Source: an uncultured Flavobacteriales bacterium (lineage in GTDB: Bacteria; Bacteroidota; Bacteroidia; Flavobacteriales_C; GCA-002722245). From it: a stretch of DNA of 50,928 nt. The position numbers and the translations under genes are program-made. Below the pieces are notes generated by a model, which saw nothing but the letters and a program-made list of their open reading frames with translations, had not been told where the DNA came from and did no database searches. The DNA lies in the NCBI GenBank assembly GCA_963933885.1, contig CAWVWF010000004.1, positions 1-50,928 of the forward strand. Direction: 5' to 3'. This document shows, one piece after another, positions 1-9,152 of this stretch (its first letter is position 1; every line of letters begins with the position of its first letter).

Positions 1-312
1 AGGTTCTAATCCTGCACCTAAAGCCATTAAAGGAGCAACTTGTCCATTAACTTCTAAAACTCCGCTTTGTGGTTTCATTATCCCAGCAATAGTTCTCAAT
101 AGCGTACTTTTACCACAACCATTTCTACCTAGAATCCCTAAACACTCTCCTTTTTTAATTGATAAGTTAAAACCACTCAAAACCTTTTTTTGCTCAAATG
201 GACTTTTCAAACCCATCGTTAAAATAAAATCTTTAAAGTTATTTATACCTGCTCTCTGAATAAAGAAACTTACTTCAAGATTTTCCGCTTTAATTGCTAT
301 CTGATCGTCCAT
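1..312 (-). CDS. wzt: Polysaccharide ABC transporter ATP-binding protein (Wzt-like), truncated by window edge
   Basis: Manual translation from ATG at 312 gives MDDQIAIKAENLEVSF...GECLGILGRNGCGKSTLLRTIAGIMKPQSG (Walker A); it lies directly downstream of the wzm permease. Confidence 0.9.
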   Translation of the reverse strand, partial: MDDQIAIKAENLEVSFFIQRAGINNFKDFILTMGLKSPFEQKKVLSGFNLSIKKGECLGILGRNGCGKSTLLRTIAGIMKPQSGVLEVNGQVAPLMALGAGLEP

Positions 313-314
313 AA

Positions 315-1094
315 TTAAAATTGAGATACAAACCCTCTTTCAAGTTTTTTAAATACTACAAAACCAATTGTAAATGTAACTACTGCTAGTATGGTACCTA
401 TTAAGAAATTTGTTCCATCAGGCATTCTATTATGATAAACAACATCTCTTAGTAGATTGATATAATAATAAAGCGGGTTTAGCTTAATCAGTAGTAAGTA
501 TTTTTCTGGTATTAAATCAGATGTAAATGCAATAGGTGCAGAATAAAAAATCGCAGGAAGAAATGAAGTCCATGCCAACTGCATATCTCTAAAATAAACA
601 TTTAATGAAGTCAGTATTAGAGATAAACCTAATGTAAAACCAGTAAATATTAATAATATAGGAATGAAAAATATTAACTCCCAAGAGAGTTCTAAGCCAA
701 ATAAGAGCATAAGTATCGTAAACGGTACAAGTGTAAATCCTAAACTAATTATTGACGCTAATTGAGCGCTTAAAGGAAATGCGATTGGGGGTACATTGAT
801 AGACTTCAAGACACCTGAATTATCAATTAATGATTCAGTAACTTGGATTGTTGATGTTGAGAAAAATGACCAAAAGACAATCCCGGTTAATGCATAAAGT
901 GGATATCTATCAATATCACCGAAAACTTTACTAAACACAAATGTGAAGATCAAAAGGTACATTAATGGATTTAACATGCTCCAAAAAAAACCTAGTATAG
1001 AATTCTTATATTTTAATTTTAAAGTTTTATAAGCTAATACCCATATTAAATGGGTAAAACTACCAATACCTCTCTTAGCTTTATCCTCGATCAT
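315..1094 (-). CDS. wzm: ABC-2 type polysaccharide export permease (Wzm-like)
   Basis: LKLKYKNSILGFFWSMLNPL and YFRD...P..YS...NPLYY motifs, multiple TM helices; ATG at 1094 preferred to the ORF-track start 1151, which overlaps the upstream gene. Confidence 0.9.
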   Translation of the reverse strand: MIEDKAKRGIGSFTHLIWVLAYKTLKLKYKNSILGFFWSMLNPLMYLLIFTFVFSKVFGDIDRYPLYALTGIVFWSFFSTSTIQVTESLIDNSGVLKSINVPPIAFPLSAQLASIISLGFTLVPFTILMLLFGLELSWELIFFIPILLIFTGFTLGLSLILTSLNVYFRDMQLAWTSFLPAIFYSAPIAFTSDLIPEKYLLLIKLNPLYYYINLLRDVVYHNRMPDGTNFLIGTILAVVTFTIGFVVFKKLERGFVSQF

Positions 1095-1104
1095 AACTCC
1101 AAAA

Positions 1105-2466
1105 TTAATAAACTGTTTTCTTGGATTTAAATAAGTCCAATATTGTTTCAAAAATAATTATAATATCAAAGATAAAAGACCAATTCCGTAAATAGAATCT
1201 ATCCATTTTAACTCTATTGTTTTTTGATTCGAAACTTTTTGTCTCTCCTCTAAAACCTCTTGCCTGAGCTAACCCCGTAATACCTGGCTTTATCGATTGC
1301 CTAACCATATATTGATCTATTTCATCGGCAAATGCTTCCGTGTGTAACAGCATATGAGGGCGAGGTCCAACAATACTCATTTGCCCAATAAGTACATTAA
1401 AGAATTGTGGTAATTCATCTAAAGAGGTTTTCCTAAGAAAACTTCCTATTTTAGTAACTCTAACATCACCTTTGGTTGCTTGTTTAATTCCTGATTCATC
1501 GTTAACACGCATTGTTCTCAATTTCAAACACCAAAATGCCAAATTATCCTTACCAGATCTTTTTTGCTTAAAAATCACGGAACCTTTAGAATCAAGTTTG
1601 ATCAACAAAAACAGAATTGGTAATAACCAAGAAAGAAGAAATAATATAACTGAAACCGAAAAGACAATATCAAAAGTTCGTTTAATAATTCTATTTCTTA
1701 AATAATCCAACGGCATTCGGACTATATTTAAAATAGGTAGATGACCAAAGTTTTCAACTTCAACTCCTCTAAAAATAAAACCCTTAAAATCAAGAACTAA
1801 TTTAAACTTAAAGAAATTATCTTCTGCAAATTGAACCAATGAATTCATTCTTCCATATTTCAATGAGTTGATTGAATAGAATATTTCATGAACTTCGTTT
1901 GAAGTACAAAACGCTTTTAACTGGGTATTAACTTCGTCAATATTTTCATTATTTGCATAAAACTCTTTAGCTACTTTATATCCGAAGTGAGTATTTTCCT
2001 TTAAAAACTCACAAAGTCCAGAATTCACTCCCTCCTGGTGAACAATTACAAGGCTTCTATAATTATATCCCTTCTTTCTGAAAAACTTAAGTGAAATAAC
2101 ATAAAACATTTTCCAAAAGAAAAGACTCAAACCTAGTACAGTATAAAAGATAGTAAGAAGCTCTCTAGAATACTGTAAATCACTCTGTGCTACGTAGAAT
2201 ACTGAAACAAATAACAAATGTAGAAAGACTATAACAAAGTGATTCCTAAACACCACCCTCATCTTGGCAACACGAGAGATCTTATAAGGCTTAATAAGTT
2301 GAGTAACAAAAAACCAAGTTAGGTTAATGTACATTAGCATTGACAAAAAAGGTTCAAAGAACCCATCGTGCTTCCAATAAAATGCAAAGACAAAACTTAC
2401 ATTCAGAAGAAGAGTGTCAACAAAGAAATTCACAACTGAAATTATAGCTGAATACCTTTTTAGCAT
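1105..2466 (-). CDS. Undecaprenyl-phosphate sugar phosphotransferase (WcaJ/WbaP family)
   Basis: N-terminal TM helices; C-terminal KRTFDI...KLRTM...D.RVT.IG.FLRKTSLDELPQFFNVL.G.MSIVGPRP...KPGITGLAQ bacterial sugar transferase motifs. Confidence 0.93.
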   Translation of the reverse strand: MLKRYSAIISVVNFFVDTLLLNVSFVFAFYWKHDGFFEPFLSMLMYINLTWFFVTQLIKPYKISRVAKMRVVFRNHFVIVFLHLLFVSVFYVAQSDLQYSRELLTIFYTVLGLSLFFWKMFYVISLKFFRKKGYNYRSLVIVHQEGVNSGLCEFLKENTHFGYKVAKEFYANNENIDEVNTQLKAFCTSNEVHEIFYSINSLKYGRMNSLVQFAEDNFFKFKLVLDFKGFIFRGVEVENFGHLPILNIVRMPLDYLRNRIIKRTFDIVFSVSVILFLLSWLLPILFLLIKLDSKGSVIFKQKRSGKDNLAFWCLKLRTMRVNDESGIKQATKGDVRVTKIGSFLRKTSLDELPQFFNVLIGQMSIVGPRPHMLLHTEAFADEIDQYMVRQSIKPGITGLAQARGFRGETKSFESKNNRVKMDRFYLRNWSFIFDIIIIFETILDLFKSKKTVY

Positions 2467-3752
2467 ATTTTCTCATTTTTCATAAAAATAAGAAAACTGT
2501 TTAAGAAAGAAAAAGAAATAATACCTACTTGCCTTGAAAAAACATTCTCAGTTAAAATACAAATGGAAAAAAACAAAATCAACACGGCACCAAATAATAT
2601 TCTTTTCTGAAAAGCAACAATTATAGATATTACAAAAAGAAGTATTAAAGAGAGTAAACCAAACACTCCATAGCTCAACCAGTAATCCAAGTACTGATTA
2701 TGCGTATTAAATTTATTTTGAAGATATAAAGGAGACTCAAAGCCTTCATAACAGGAGTTTAAATATACTTCACTTCCCCCAGCTCCTAGTCCAAATAACC
2801 AATTTTGTTTAATACCTGAAACTGTACATAATACGATACCAGTTCTAACATTAAAAGAATCATTACTTTTTTCAGTTGGCAATTTCACATTTGAAAATGA
2901 AACTTCATCGATTTTTGCTTTAAAAGAAGGATTAAAGGAATACGCCAGAACAAATATTGAAATAACCCCAATTGGACCAAACATAAGAAATCTCTTCAGT
3001 CCGATTTTTTGTATAAACAAGATTGAGATCCCCAAGAAAGTTGCAAACAAAGGCATTCTTGATGTTACAACAAACATACATGCCATTCCTAATATAAAAG
3101 CCGATGTAAGTAATAACTTCTTTAAAAGTGAAAATCCATTCCAAATATTGGGTGTAAAATATACAAATGAGATTAAGCAAATACCCATTATTATATTTGA
3201 ATAGGTAGGATGTACTCCTGAATATTTCGCATAAGAAGTACGAAATTGATGTTGAAAGTGGGGGATTTCTGTGAAACTACTTATTCCTAGCCCTTCACCC
3301 GAATCGTTAATAATCGTATTCATATCTATAAAAGCACCAATGATTCCCTTTATAAAAAGAAACAACATGCTCATACCTAGTATGAAAAATAGAATCCTTA
3401 GATGTTTTAAACCAAGTCGCTCTTCCTGCATAAAAAAAGTGAGCGGTATAAAAAGGAAGGCTAATGATTTCTCTACTGCAAATCCACTTTGCTTGGATGA
3501 ATCAATTAGGAAATATGAAAGTAGAATAACCAAAAAAGGTAGAATTTGGAAAAACAGTACGATTTGATTCTTTCTTTCTGCTCTCTTAAACCTTTCTGAG
3601 AATGAAGATGTATTGCTTAAGATTCCAAAGAGTGCCCATATAATAACGAACAAACTAGTAACACGCAAAGGAAATAATGGAAACAGGCATAAAAGACCTG
3701 AAAGCCAAAAAAATATGTTCTGTTTATTAATCGTTATATTTTTCGGTAACAT
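2460..3752 (-). CDS. O-antigen ligase/polymerase family membrane protein (WaaL/Wzy_C)
   Basis: Polytopic; T-SR motif, S...R loop, FGLGAG and HNQYL motifs typical of Wzy_C. Confidence 0.8.
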   Translation of the reverse strand: MLPKNITINKQNIFFWLSGLLCLFPLFPLRVTSLFVIIWALFGILSNTSSFSERFKRAERKNQIVLFFQILPFLVILLSYFLIDSSKQSGFAVEKSLAFLFIPLTFFMQEERLGLKHLRILFFILGMSMLFLFIKGIIGAFIDMNTIINDSGEGLGISSFTEIPHFQHQFRTSYAKYSGVHPTYSNIIMGICLISFVYFTPNIWNGFSLLKKLLLTSAFILGMACMFVVTSRMPLFATFLGISILFIQKIGLKRFLMFGPIGVISIFVLAYSFNPSFKAKIDEVSFSNVKLPTEKSNDSFNVRTGIVLCTVSGIKQNWLFGLGAGGSEVYLNSCYEGFESPLYLQNKFNTHNQYLDYWLSYGVFGLLSLILLFVISIIVAFQKRILFGAVLILFFSICILTENVFSRQVGIISFSFLNSFLIFMKNEKIC

Positions 3753-4827
3753 ATTTCTCGATCTTATTCTTAAAACTGTCTATAGTGAAATCATCAATAT
3801 GCCTTAGTAATACATCTTGATTAATTTTTAATGGGTTCTTTTCGAAATCATTAATAGTTTCTTTTAAAGATATAACTGTTTGTTCATCAAAAAAGACACC
3901 CGTTTCATTATTTAATACTGTTTCGAGATAACCTCCTTTTTTCAATGCAATTACAGGTGTACCACAAGCTTGTGCTTCGATACTTGTTATACCAAAATCT
4001 TCATTGGCCGCTAAAACATAAGCCTTAGCATTTTGAATTTTTTCAATCAATTCATTTTGGGCTAAGAAACCTAAAAACTCAACATTTGGAATATCTTTCT
4101 TAATTAAACTTTTAAGTTCTGGTCCATCACCTGCTACTATTAATTTCAAATGAGGTAAAAGAGCAAAGGCCTCAACAATTAAACTAACTTTTTTATAAGG
4201 TACCATTCTACAAGAAGTGAAGTAATAAGATTTTTTCTCTTCTTTAAAAGTAAAAACAGACACATCCGCCGGTGGATAAATAACAAAAGCTTCACGTTTA
4301 TAGATTCTATTAATACGCTCTTGAACATTATGAGAGTTTGCTATAAAATGATCCACATTATCAACAGTTTTTAAATCCCACTTTGCAATTCTATTTATAA
4401 TGGATTTAAAAAAAACTTTCTTAATAAGACCTAAATCATTTAAATACTGTTCTTTTAAATCCCAAGCGTACCTCATTGGTGAATGACAATAACAAATATG
4501 TAATTGCCTTCCTTTTTCTCGTTTTATTCCCTTTGCAACACAGTATGATGATGAAATAATTAAATCATATTCACTTAAATCAAAAGTTTCAATTGCTTTT
4601 GGAAATAAAAAAAGTAAATTACGATAATAGTGTTTTATAAATGGTAGTTTTTGAAGCCAAGTTGTTTTAGCCTTTTTACCTAATAATACTTTATTCCTAG
4701 TTGAATCAGGTAAAAAATCGATCAATGCAAACAAGTCTGCTTCAGGGTAAACATTCAGTATTTCATGCAAAACTTTTTCAGCTCCTCCTTCAACAATTAA
4801 CCAGTCTTGAACAATAGCAACCTTCAT
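3727..4827 (-). CDS. Glycosyltransferase family 4 (WbaZ/mannosyltransferase-like)
   Basis: MKVAIVQDWL...GGAEKV, CYCHSPMRYAWD, EDFGITSIEAQACGTPVIA (EX7E). Confidence 0.92.
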   Translation of the reverse strand: MKVAIVQDWLIVEGGAEKVLHEILNVYPEADLFALIDFLPDSTRNKVLLGKKAKTTWLQKLPFIKHYYRNLLFLFPKAIETFDLSEYDLIISSSYCVAKGIKREKGRQLHICYCHSPMRYAWDLKEQYLNDLGLIKKVFFKSIINRIAKWDLKTVDNVDHFIANSHNVQERINRIYKREAFVIYPPADVSVFTFKEEKKSYYFTSCRMVPYKKVSLIVEAFALLPHLKLIVAGDGPELKSLIKKDIPNVEFLGFLAQNELIEKIQNAKAYVLAANEDFGITSIEAQACGTPVIALKKGGYLETVLNNETGVFFDEQTVISLKETINDFEKNPLKINQDVLLRHIDDFTIDSFKNKIEKYVTEKYND

Positions 4828-5849
4828 AAATACCTTTTAAACAAATTTACTCTATCTATATTGCAAAAATAGTTAAATCTGTTATAACTAATTTGAGTTT
4901 CGCTTACATTTCTCAATGCTTTTTCAAAACCAACGCTATCATCTAAATTAACATATACAACTTCATCTCCACCTACCTCTTTATTAACAGGTATATTAGA
5001 ACATATTATTGGTCTATTAACACTCATTGCTTCAATTGTGGGTATTCCGAAACCTTCGTATAAACTAAAATTAACAAAACCCTTGGCATTAGTATAGAGC
5101 CATTTCAATTCTGACACATCACAGAAACCAACCCAATGGACATTCTTAAATTCTTTATTAATTGTTTTGAAATTCTTATTTGAACCACCCACAATTACCA
5201 ATTTAAAATCTGGATTTGAGTCAAAAAATTCACAAAGCCATTCATAGTTTTTTCTTGGATTAACAGATCCAACCACAAGAAAATATTCTTGATAAGGTAT
5301 AGTTATTTCTGTAGGTTCTGCATCTAGAAACTCTTGACTTACCTTATTGTAAACAACCTCAACTTTATTAGGGTAAACTTGGTATTCATCAATAATTTCT
5401 TTTCTCACAGTATTACTAACTGTAAGAACTTTCTTAGATCGATTAACCACAATTGGAATTAGCAAATTATAAATAAATCGAAAAGTAAAACTAAACCAAG
5501 CCTTATTCTTAATAAAAGCTAAATCATGAATCGTCACCCAACTGTTTTTTGCAAAAACAGGTGCCATATTACACAAGTTCAGTAATGTTAATCCTTTCTT
5601 GTTCGTATATAACGGTAATGTTAATTGTTCCCAAAAATAGCCATTACCTCCTTTAACAATTTTAATATCTAAATGATTTAAAGATTCATCTTTTAAGGGA
5701 AGATTGGGCACTAAAATCACACAATCAATTTCCTGAGATAACTCAAGTACTAAATCAATAGCAAACCGTTGAACTCCAGTTGGCTGTTGTGTTAAAAATC
5801 TTCCGTTAATATATAGCGCTTTCCTTTTGATAATGTTTTCGTTACCCAC
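4824..5849 (-). CDS. Glycosyltransferase family 4
   Basis: INGRFLTQ..TGVQRFA, VTIHDLAF, PRKN, SLYEGFGIPTIEAM; GTG start. Confidence 0.9.
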   Translation of the reverse strand: MGNENIIKRKALYINGRFLTQQPTGVQRFAIDLVLELSQEIDCVILVPNLPLKDESLNHLDIKIVKGGNGYFWEQLTLPLYTNKKGLTLLNLCNMAPVFAKNSWVTIHDLAFIKNKAWFSFTFRFIYNLLIPIVVNRSKKVLTVSNTVRKEIIDEYQVYPNKVEVVYNKVSQEFLDAEPTEITIPYQEYFLVVGSVNPRKNYEWLCEFFDSNPDFKLVIVGGSNKNFKTINKEFKNVHWVGFCDVSELKWLYTNAKGFVNFSLYEGFGIPTIEAMSVNRPIICSNIPVNKEVGGDEVVYVNLDDSVGFEKALRNVSETQISYNRFNYFCNIDRVNLFKRYL

Positions 5850-6162
5850 TACCTAAAAGTTATGAAACTAGGCTAGTTGGATGAAGAATAAAGATAGTGG
5901 TTAAACTACATATTAGCTTTATTTTTAACTTCTTTTATTTTCTAAGTAAATTGTAAAATGAACTTAATTTTTCAATCAACGGTTTAGAATTAAGTTTCTC
6001 GTTTTAATCTCAGAAAACAGGAACATTCCGAAGCTAGAATAAATTAAAAATAGTTGCTATATGGAAATGAAACAACTCCAGACAAAAAGAAAAAACTACT
6101 TCTTAAATAAATCTTGAGTATTCTCATTTTAATCTTATAATTTTACAATTCAACTAATATTT

Positions 6163-6747
6163 ATGGATCCTATCATTACTAATTCGATTTCTAACTCAAT
6201 TCAACTTAAGCAAGATGTTTTGTCTTCACCTAGTTTATTGAAAGTAATTCAAGATTCTTCACAAGCTTTGAAGGCTGCTTTTTTAAATAAAAACCAAGTT
6301 CTTTTTTGTGGGAATGGTGGAAGTGCGGGTGATGCTCAACACATTGCTGCAGAATTAAGTGGTAGGTTTTATTTTGATCGTCCACCTTTAGATGCAGAAG
6401 CTTTGCATGTTAATTCTTCATACTTAACAGCTGTTGCTAACGACTACTCATATGATGTTATATATGAAAGATTAGTTGAAGCTAAAGGAAAAAAAGGAGA
6501 TGTTTTAGTTGGAATATCAACTTCTGGAAATTCAGAGAATGTTCTTCGTGCTCTAAAAAAAGCGAAAGCATTAGGAATGACAACAGTTGCTATGACTGGT
6601 GAAGGTGGTGGTAAAATAGCTGATTATGCAGATTTTCTTTTAGCAGTCCCATCTAACGACACGCCTAGAATACAAGAAGTTCATATTTTACTAGGACACA
6701 TTATATGTGAAATTGTAGAAGAAGAAATGTTCGGAGATAAAAAGTAA
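6163..6747 (+). CDS. gmhA: D-sedoheptulose 7-phosphate isomerase
   Basis: CGNGGSAGDAQHIAAEL, TAVANDY, ISTSGNS.N, TPRIQEVH motifs. Confidence 0.95.
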   Translation: MDPIITNSISNSIQLKQDVLSSPSLLKVIQDSSQALKAAFLNKNQVLFCGNGGSAGDAQHIAAELSGRFYFDRPPLDAEALHVNSSYLTAVANDYSYDVIYERLVEAKGKKGDVLVGISTSGNSENVLRALKKAKALGMTTVAMTGEGGGKIADYADFLLAVPSNDTPRIQEVHILLGHIICEIVEEEMFGDKK

Positions 6748-9018
6748 TTACTTTTTTACTACTTTATAAACTATTGACTCCTTCCCCGATTTAATCTGAA
6801 TGAAGTAAATTCCACTTACAAAGTTAGATGTGTTTAACTTGTATACCTCTTGCACATTATCCTTTTGATGTATTAATTTCCCATTTATCGAAGTAATTTT
6901 AACATCATAAGATTCGTTACTACTTGGATTAAAAATCAATTGATCATCAACGGGATTCGGATATACTTCACCAAAGTTAAAAGCAAATTCTGAATTCCCT
7001 GTTGCTATAGGGGCACATCCATGAATTGCTTCTGTTGAATCTACACAGTAATCTATATCTACTACTGAATTTTCACTTGTTATATTAACTTCATAAATAG
7101 TATCTGCTGGTAATCCTTCAATTTCAATAGTAATTACATAAGTACCATTAGATAAATACATAAACTCATATTCTCCATTTGAATCTGTTACAGTTGTGGC
7201 AATTGTATTTTTTGAAGGAGGGATTCTGTCCAAAATCACGTCTAACCCAGCAATTGGATCTGTATTAAGCGTTTTATTCGTACCACCATCATCAGTTATT
7301 CTACCTTTAATTGAACCTGACCCTGGTGTAATCGTCCCATATTTTCTTGAAAATATATTTTGAGTATGTGTTGAACATGAATCTGTCATTACTATTGCTA
7401 TTCCATCATCCCATCTTAATGATCCATTATGATAACCAACAACATAACTAGGTTCTAACGATGAATTTGGAATAATTTTAATCCAATATTTTTCTGAATA
7501 CGGTACATTTTGAAAGTCGTAAGAACCATCATGAGATCCTGCTGAAATTCCTGCTAAATAATCTAGTTGTACGTTACTAGAAGTATCAGCATATAATTCT
7601 AACATTACATGTTTTATTGTATCTAATCCTCCATCAGTTACATAACCTTGTAAGGAAACAACATGATCATCTTTTAATCTAAATTCAGTAGCTCCTTTCC
7701 AAACTCCACTAGCTTGCCTAATATTACCATCAATATCAATTGTGGCCTCATTTATATAGTTATTTACTTTAAAATCAGTTAAACCTCCACAATCAAGCCT
7801 TAAATCGTTTGACATATCTCTAAAAGGCGCAATACCAAATGAAGAATTCGCATCTGGAGTAGAAGCTATACCTTGCCAAGCTGCTAACGATGTTTTTAAT
7901 GTTCCTTCATAATTTATTAAATCACCTGATTTTGAAAAATAAGAATTAAAATCATACTGAACATTAGGTCCTTCATTTGATATGCTAACAATAGCAAAAT
8001 TATCGTTATTAACTAGGATGTTATTTTGAATAATTCCATTTTCAAAATTGAAAATATTGAAAATATAATTGGTAGAAAGAGCTGAAAAAACAGTGTTATG
8101 AATAAATTTAAATCCATTGATATTAGACATTTGAAAGCATGGGCCGTTTGGTGTGTTCACAATATTGTTTCTAATTATAATATCTCCTTTCGTTACACTA
8201 ACATCATGATTTTGTATTACAACACCTGCTCCATTCAAAGAATTGATTGTATTGTTCTCAAAAATGAAGATACTATCAGCTTGCATTACTATTGCAGTAC
8301 CATCAGAACCCGTTATATTATTGTTCCCGATTATTCCATAATTATGATTTGTCATTGCTATAGAAGCATTCTCTTGATTCACAAAAGAGTTTCCTTGAAT
8401 AATTGTTCCAACTTGATTTTTACCATTGTCACCATTTATGGCTAATCCAACCCATCCTCCGTCAATCTTATTATTAAGATATTGGTTGTAATTTTCTTTT
8501 TCTCCTGAATGTTGATCTAATATTAAAGTTAAAGAATCACCACCATCGTTTGTTTGTGGAGAAGAAAAAAGACATCCATTAAACCTATTATAACTTGCTC
8601 CATTAGTCATTTCCGCAAGAACCATATAATCAGATGAATTGGTGATAAACGACACCTTTTCAAAGGTAACTCTCTTACATCCTTTCATTTGAACGATATA
8701 ATTATCACTGAGCGATGTTGCACTAATTTCAATTTTAACTTTATCAGCATCTGAAGAACTTGATGTGAAAAGAACTGTATCTAAAGTCGATTCTCCTGGG
8801 AAATTATTAATGCTAAAACGTTCAGAGTAAACTCCATCTTTAATATTAAACTTTACAGGACTTGTGATTCCTTTTAAATTTAAAGAATCTACAGCTTTAG
8901 AAATAGTAGGGAAATCCCCTCCTGTACCAATAGTATATGTTCCTGACAACTGTGCGTTTAGCGATAAACTTGTGATTATTGTGATACAAGTTAACGCAAT
9001 GTATTTAGTGAAATCCAT
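6748..9018 (-). CDS. T9SS type A cargo protein with right-handed parallel beta-helix and carboxypeptidase-regulatory-like Ig domains
   Basis: Signal peptide, LSGTYTIG..GDFPTI start, Asn-rich beta-helix repeats, TTVTDSNGEYEF, C-terminal VYPNPV...GIYFIQI...KVVKK. Confidence 0.82.
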   Translation of the reverse strand: MDFTKYIALTCITIITSLSLNAQLSGTYTIGTGGDFPTISKAVDSLNLKGITSPVKFNIKDGVYSERFSINNFPGESTLDTVLFTSSSSDADKVKIEISATSLSDNYIVQMKGCKRVTFEKVSFITNSSDYMVLAEMTNGASYNRFNGCLFSSPQTNDGGDSLTLILDQHSGEKENYNQYLNNKIDGGWVGLAINGDNGKNQVGTIIQGNSFVNQENASIAMTNHNYGIIGNNNITGSDGTAIVMQADSIFIFENNTINSLNGAGVVIQNHDVSVTKGDIIIRNNIVNTPNGPCFQMSNINGFKFIHNTVFSALSTNYIFNIFNFENGIIQNNILVNNDNFAIVSISNEGPNVQYDFNSYFSKSGDLINYEGTLKTSLAAWQGIASTPDANSSFGIAPFRDMSNDLRLDCGGLTDFKVNNYINEATIDIDGNIRQASGVWKGATEFRLKDDHVVSLQGYVTDGGLDTIKHVMLELYADTSSNVQLDYLAGISAGSHDGSYDFQNVPYSEKYWIKIIPNSSLEPSYVVGYHNGSLRWDDGIAIVMTDSCSTHTQNIFSRKYGTITPGSGSIKGRITDDGGTNKTLNTDPIAGLDVILDRIPPSKNTIATTVTDSNGEYEFMYLSNGTYVITIEIEGLPADTIYEVNITSENSVVDIDYCVDSTEAIHGCAPIATGNSEFAFNFGEVYPNPVDDQLIFNPSSNESYDVKITSINGKLIHQKDNVQEVYKLNTSNFVSGIYFIQIKSGKESIVYKVVKK

Positions 9019-9152
9019 GATTTTTTAATTGTAGTAATACAGTAGCTCTTCACTACGGGAATCACCCTTAAAAAGTTCTTTTTTTTTGTAACCGAGTTTT
9101 AATAATACCGTAGCTAGTAAATCGCTAGTACAAATTACCAACCAAAAAGAGT

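Noticed and set aside
9113-9130. GCTAGTA direct repeat, 11 bp apart, upstream of the PP2C sensor
   Set aside because: Only two 7-mers, too little to separate from chance
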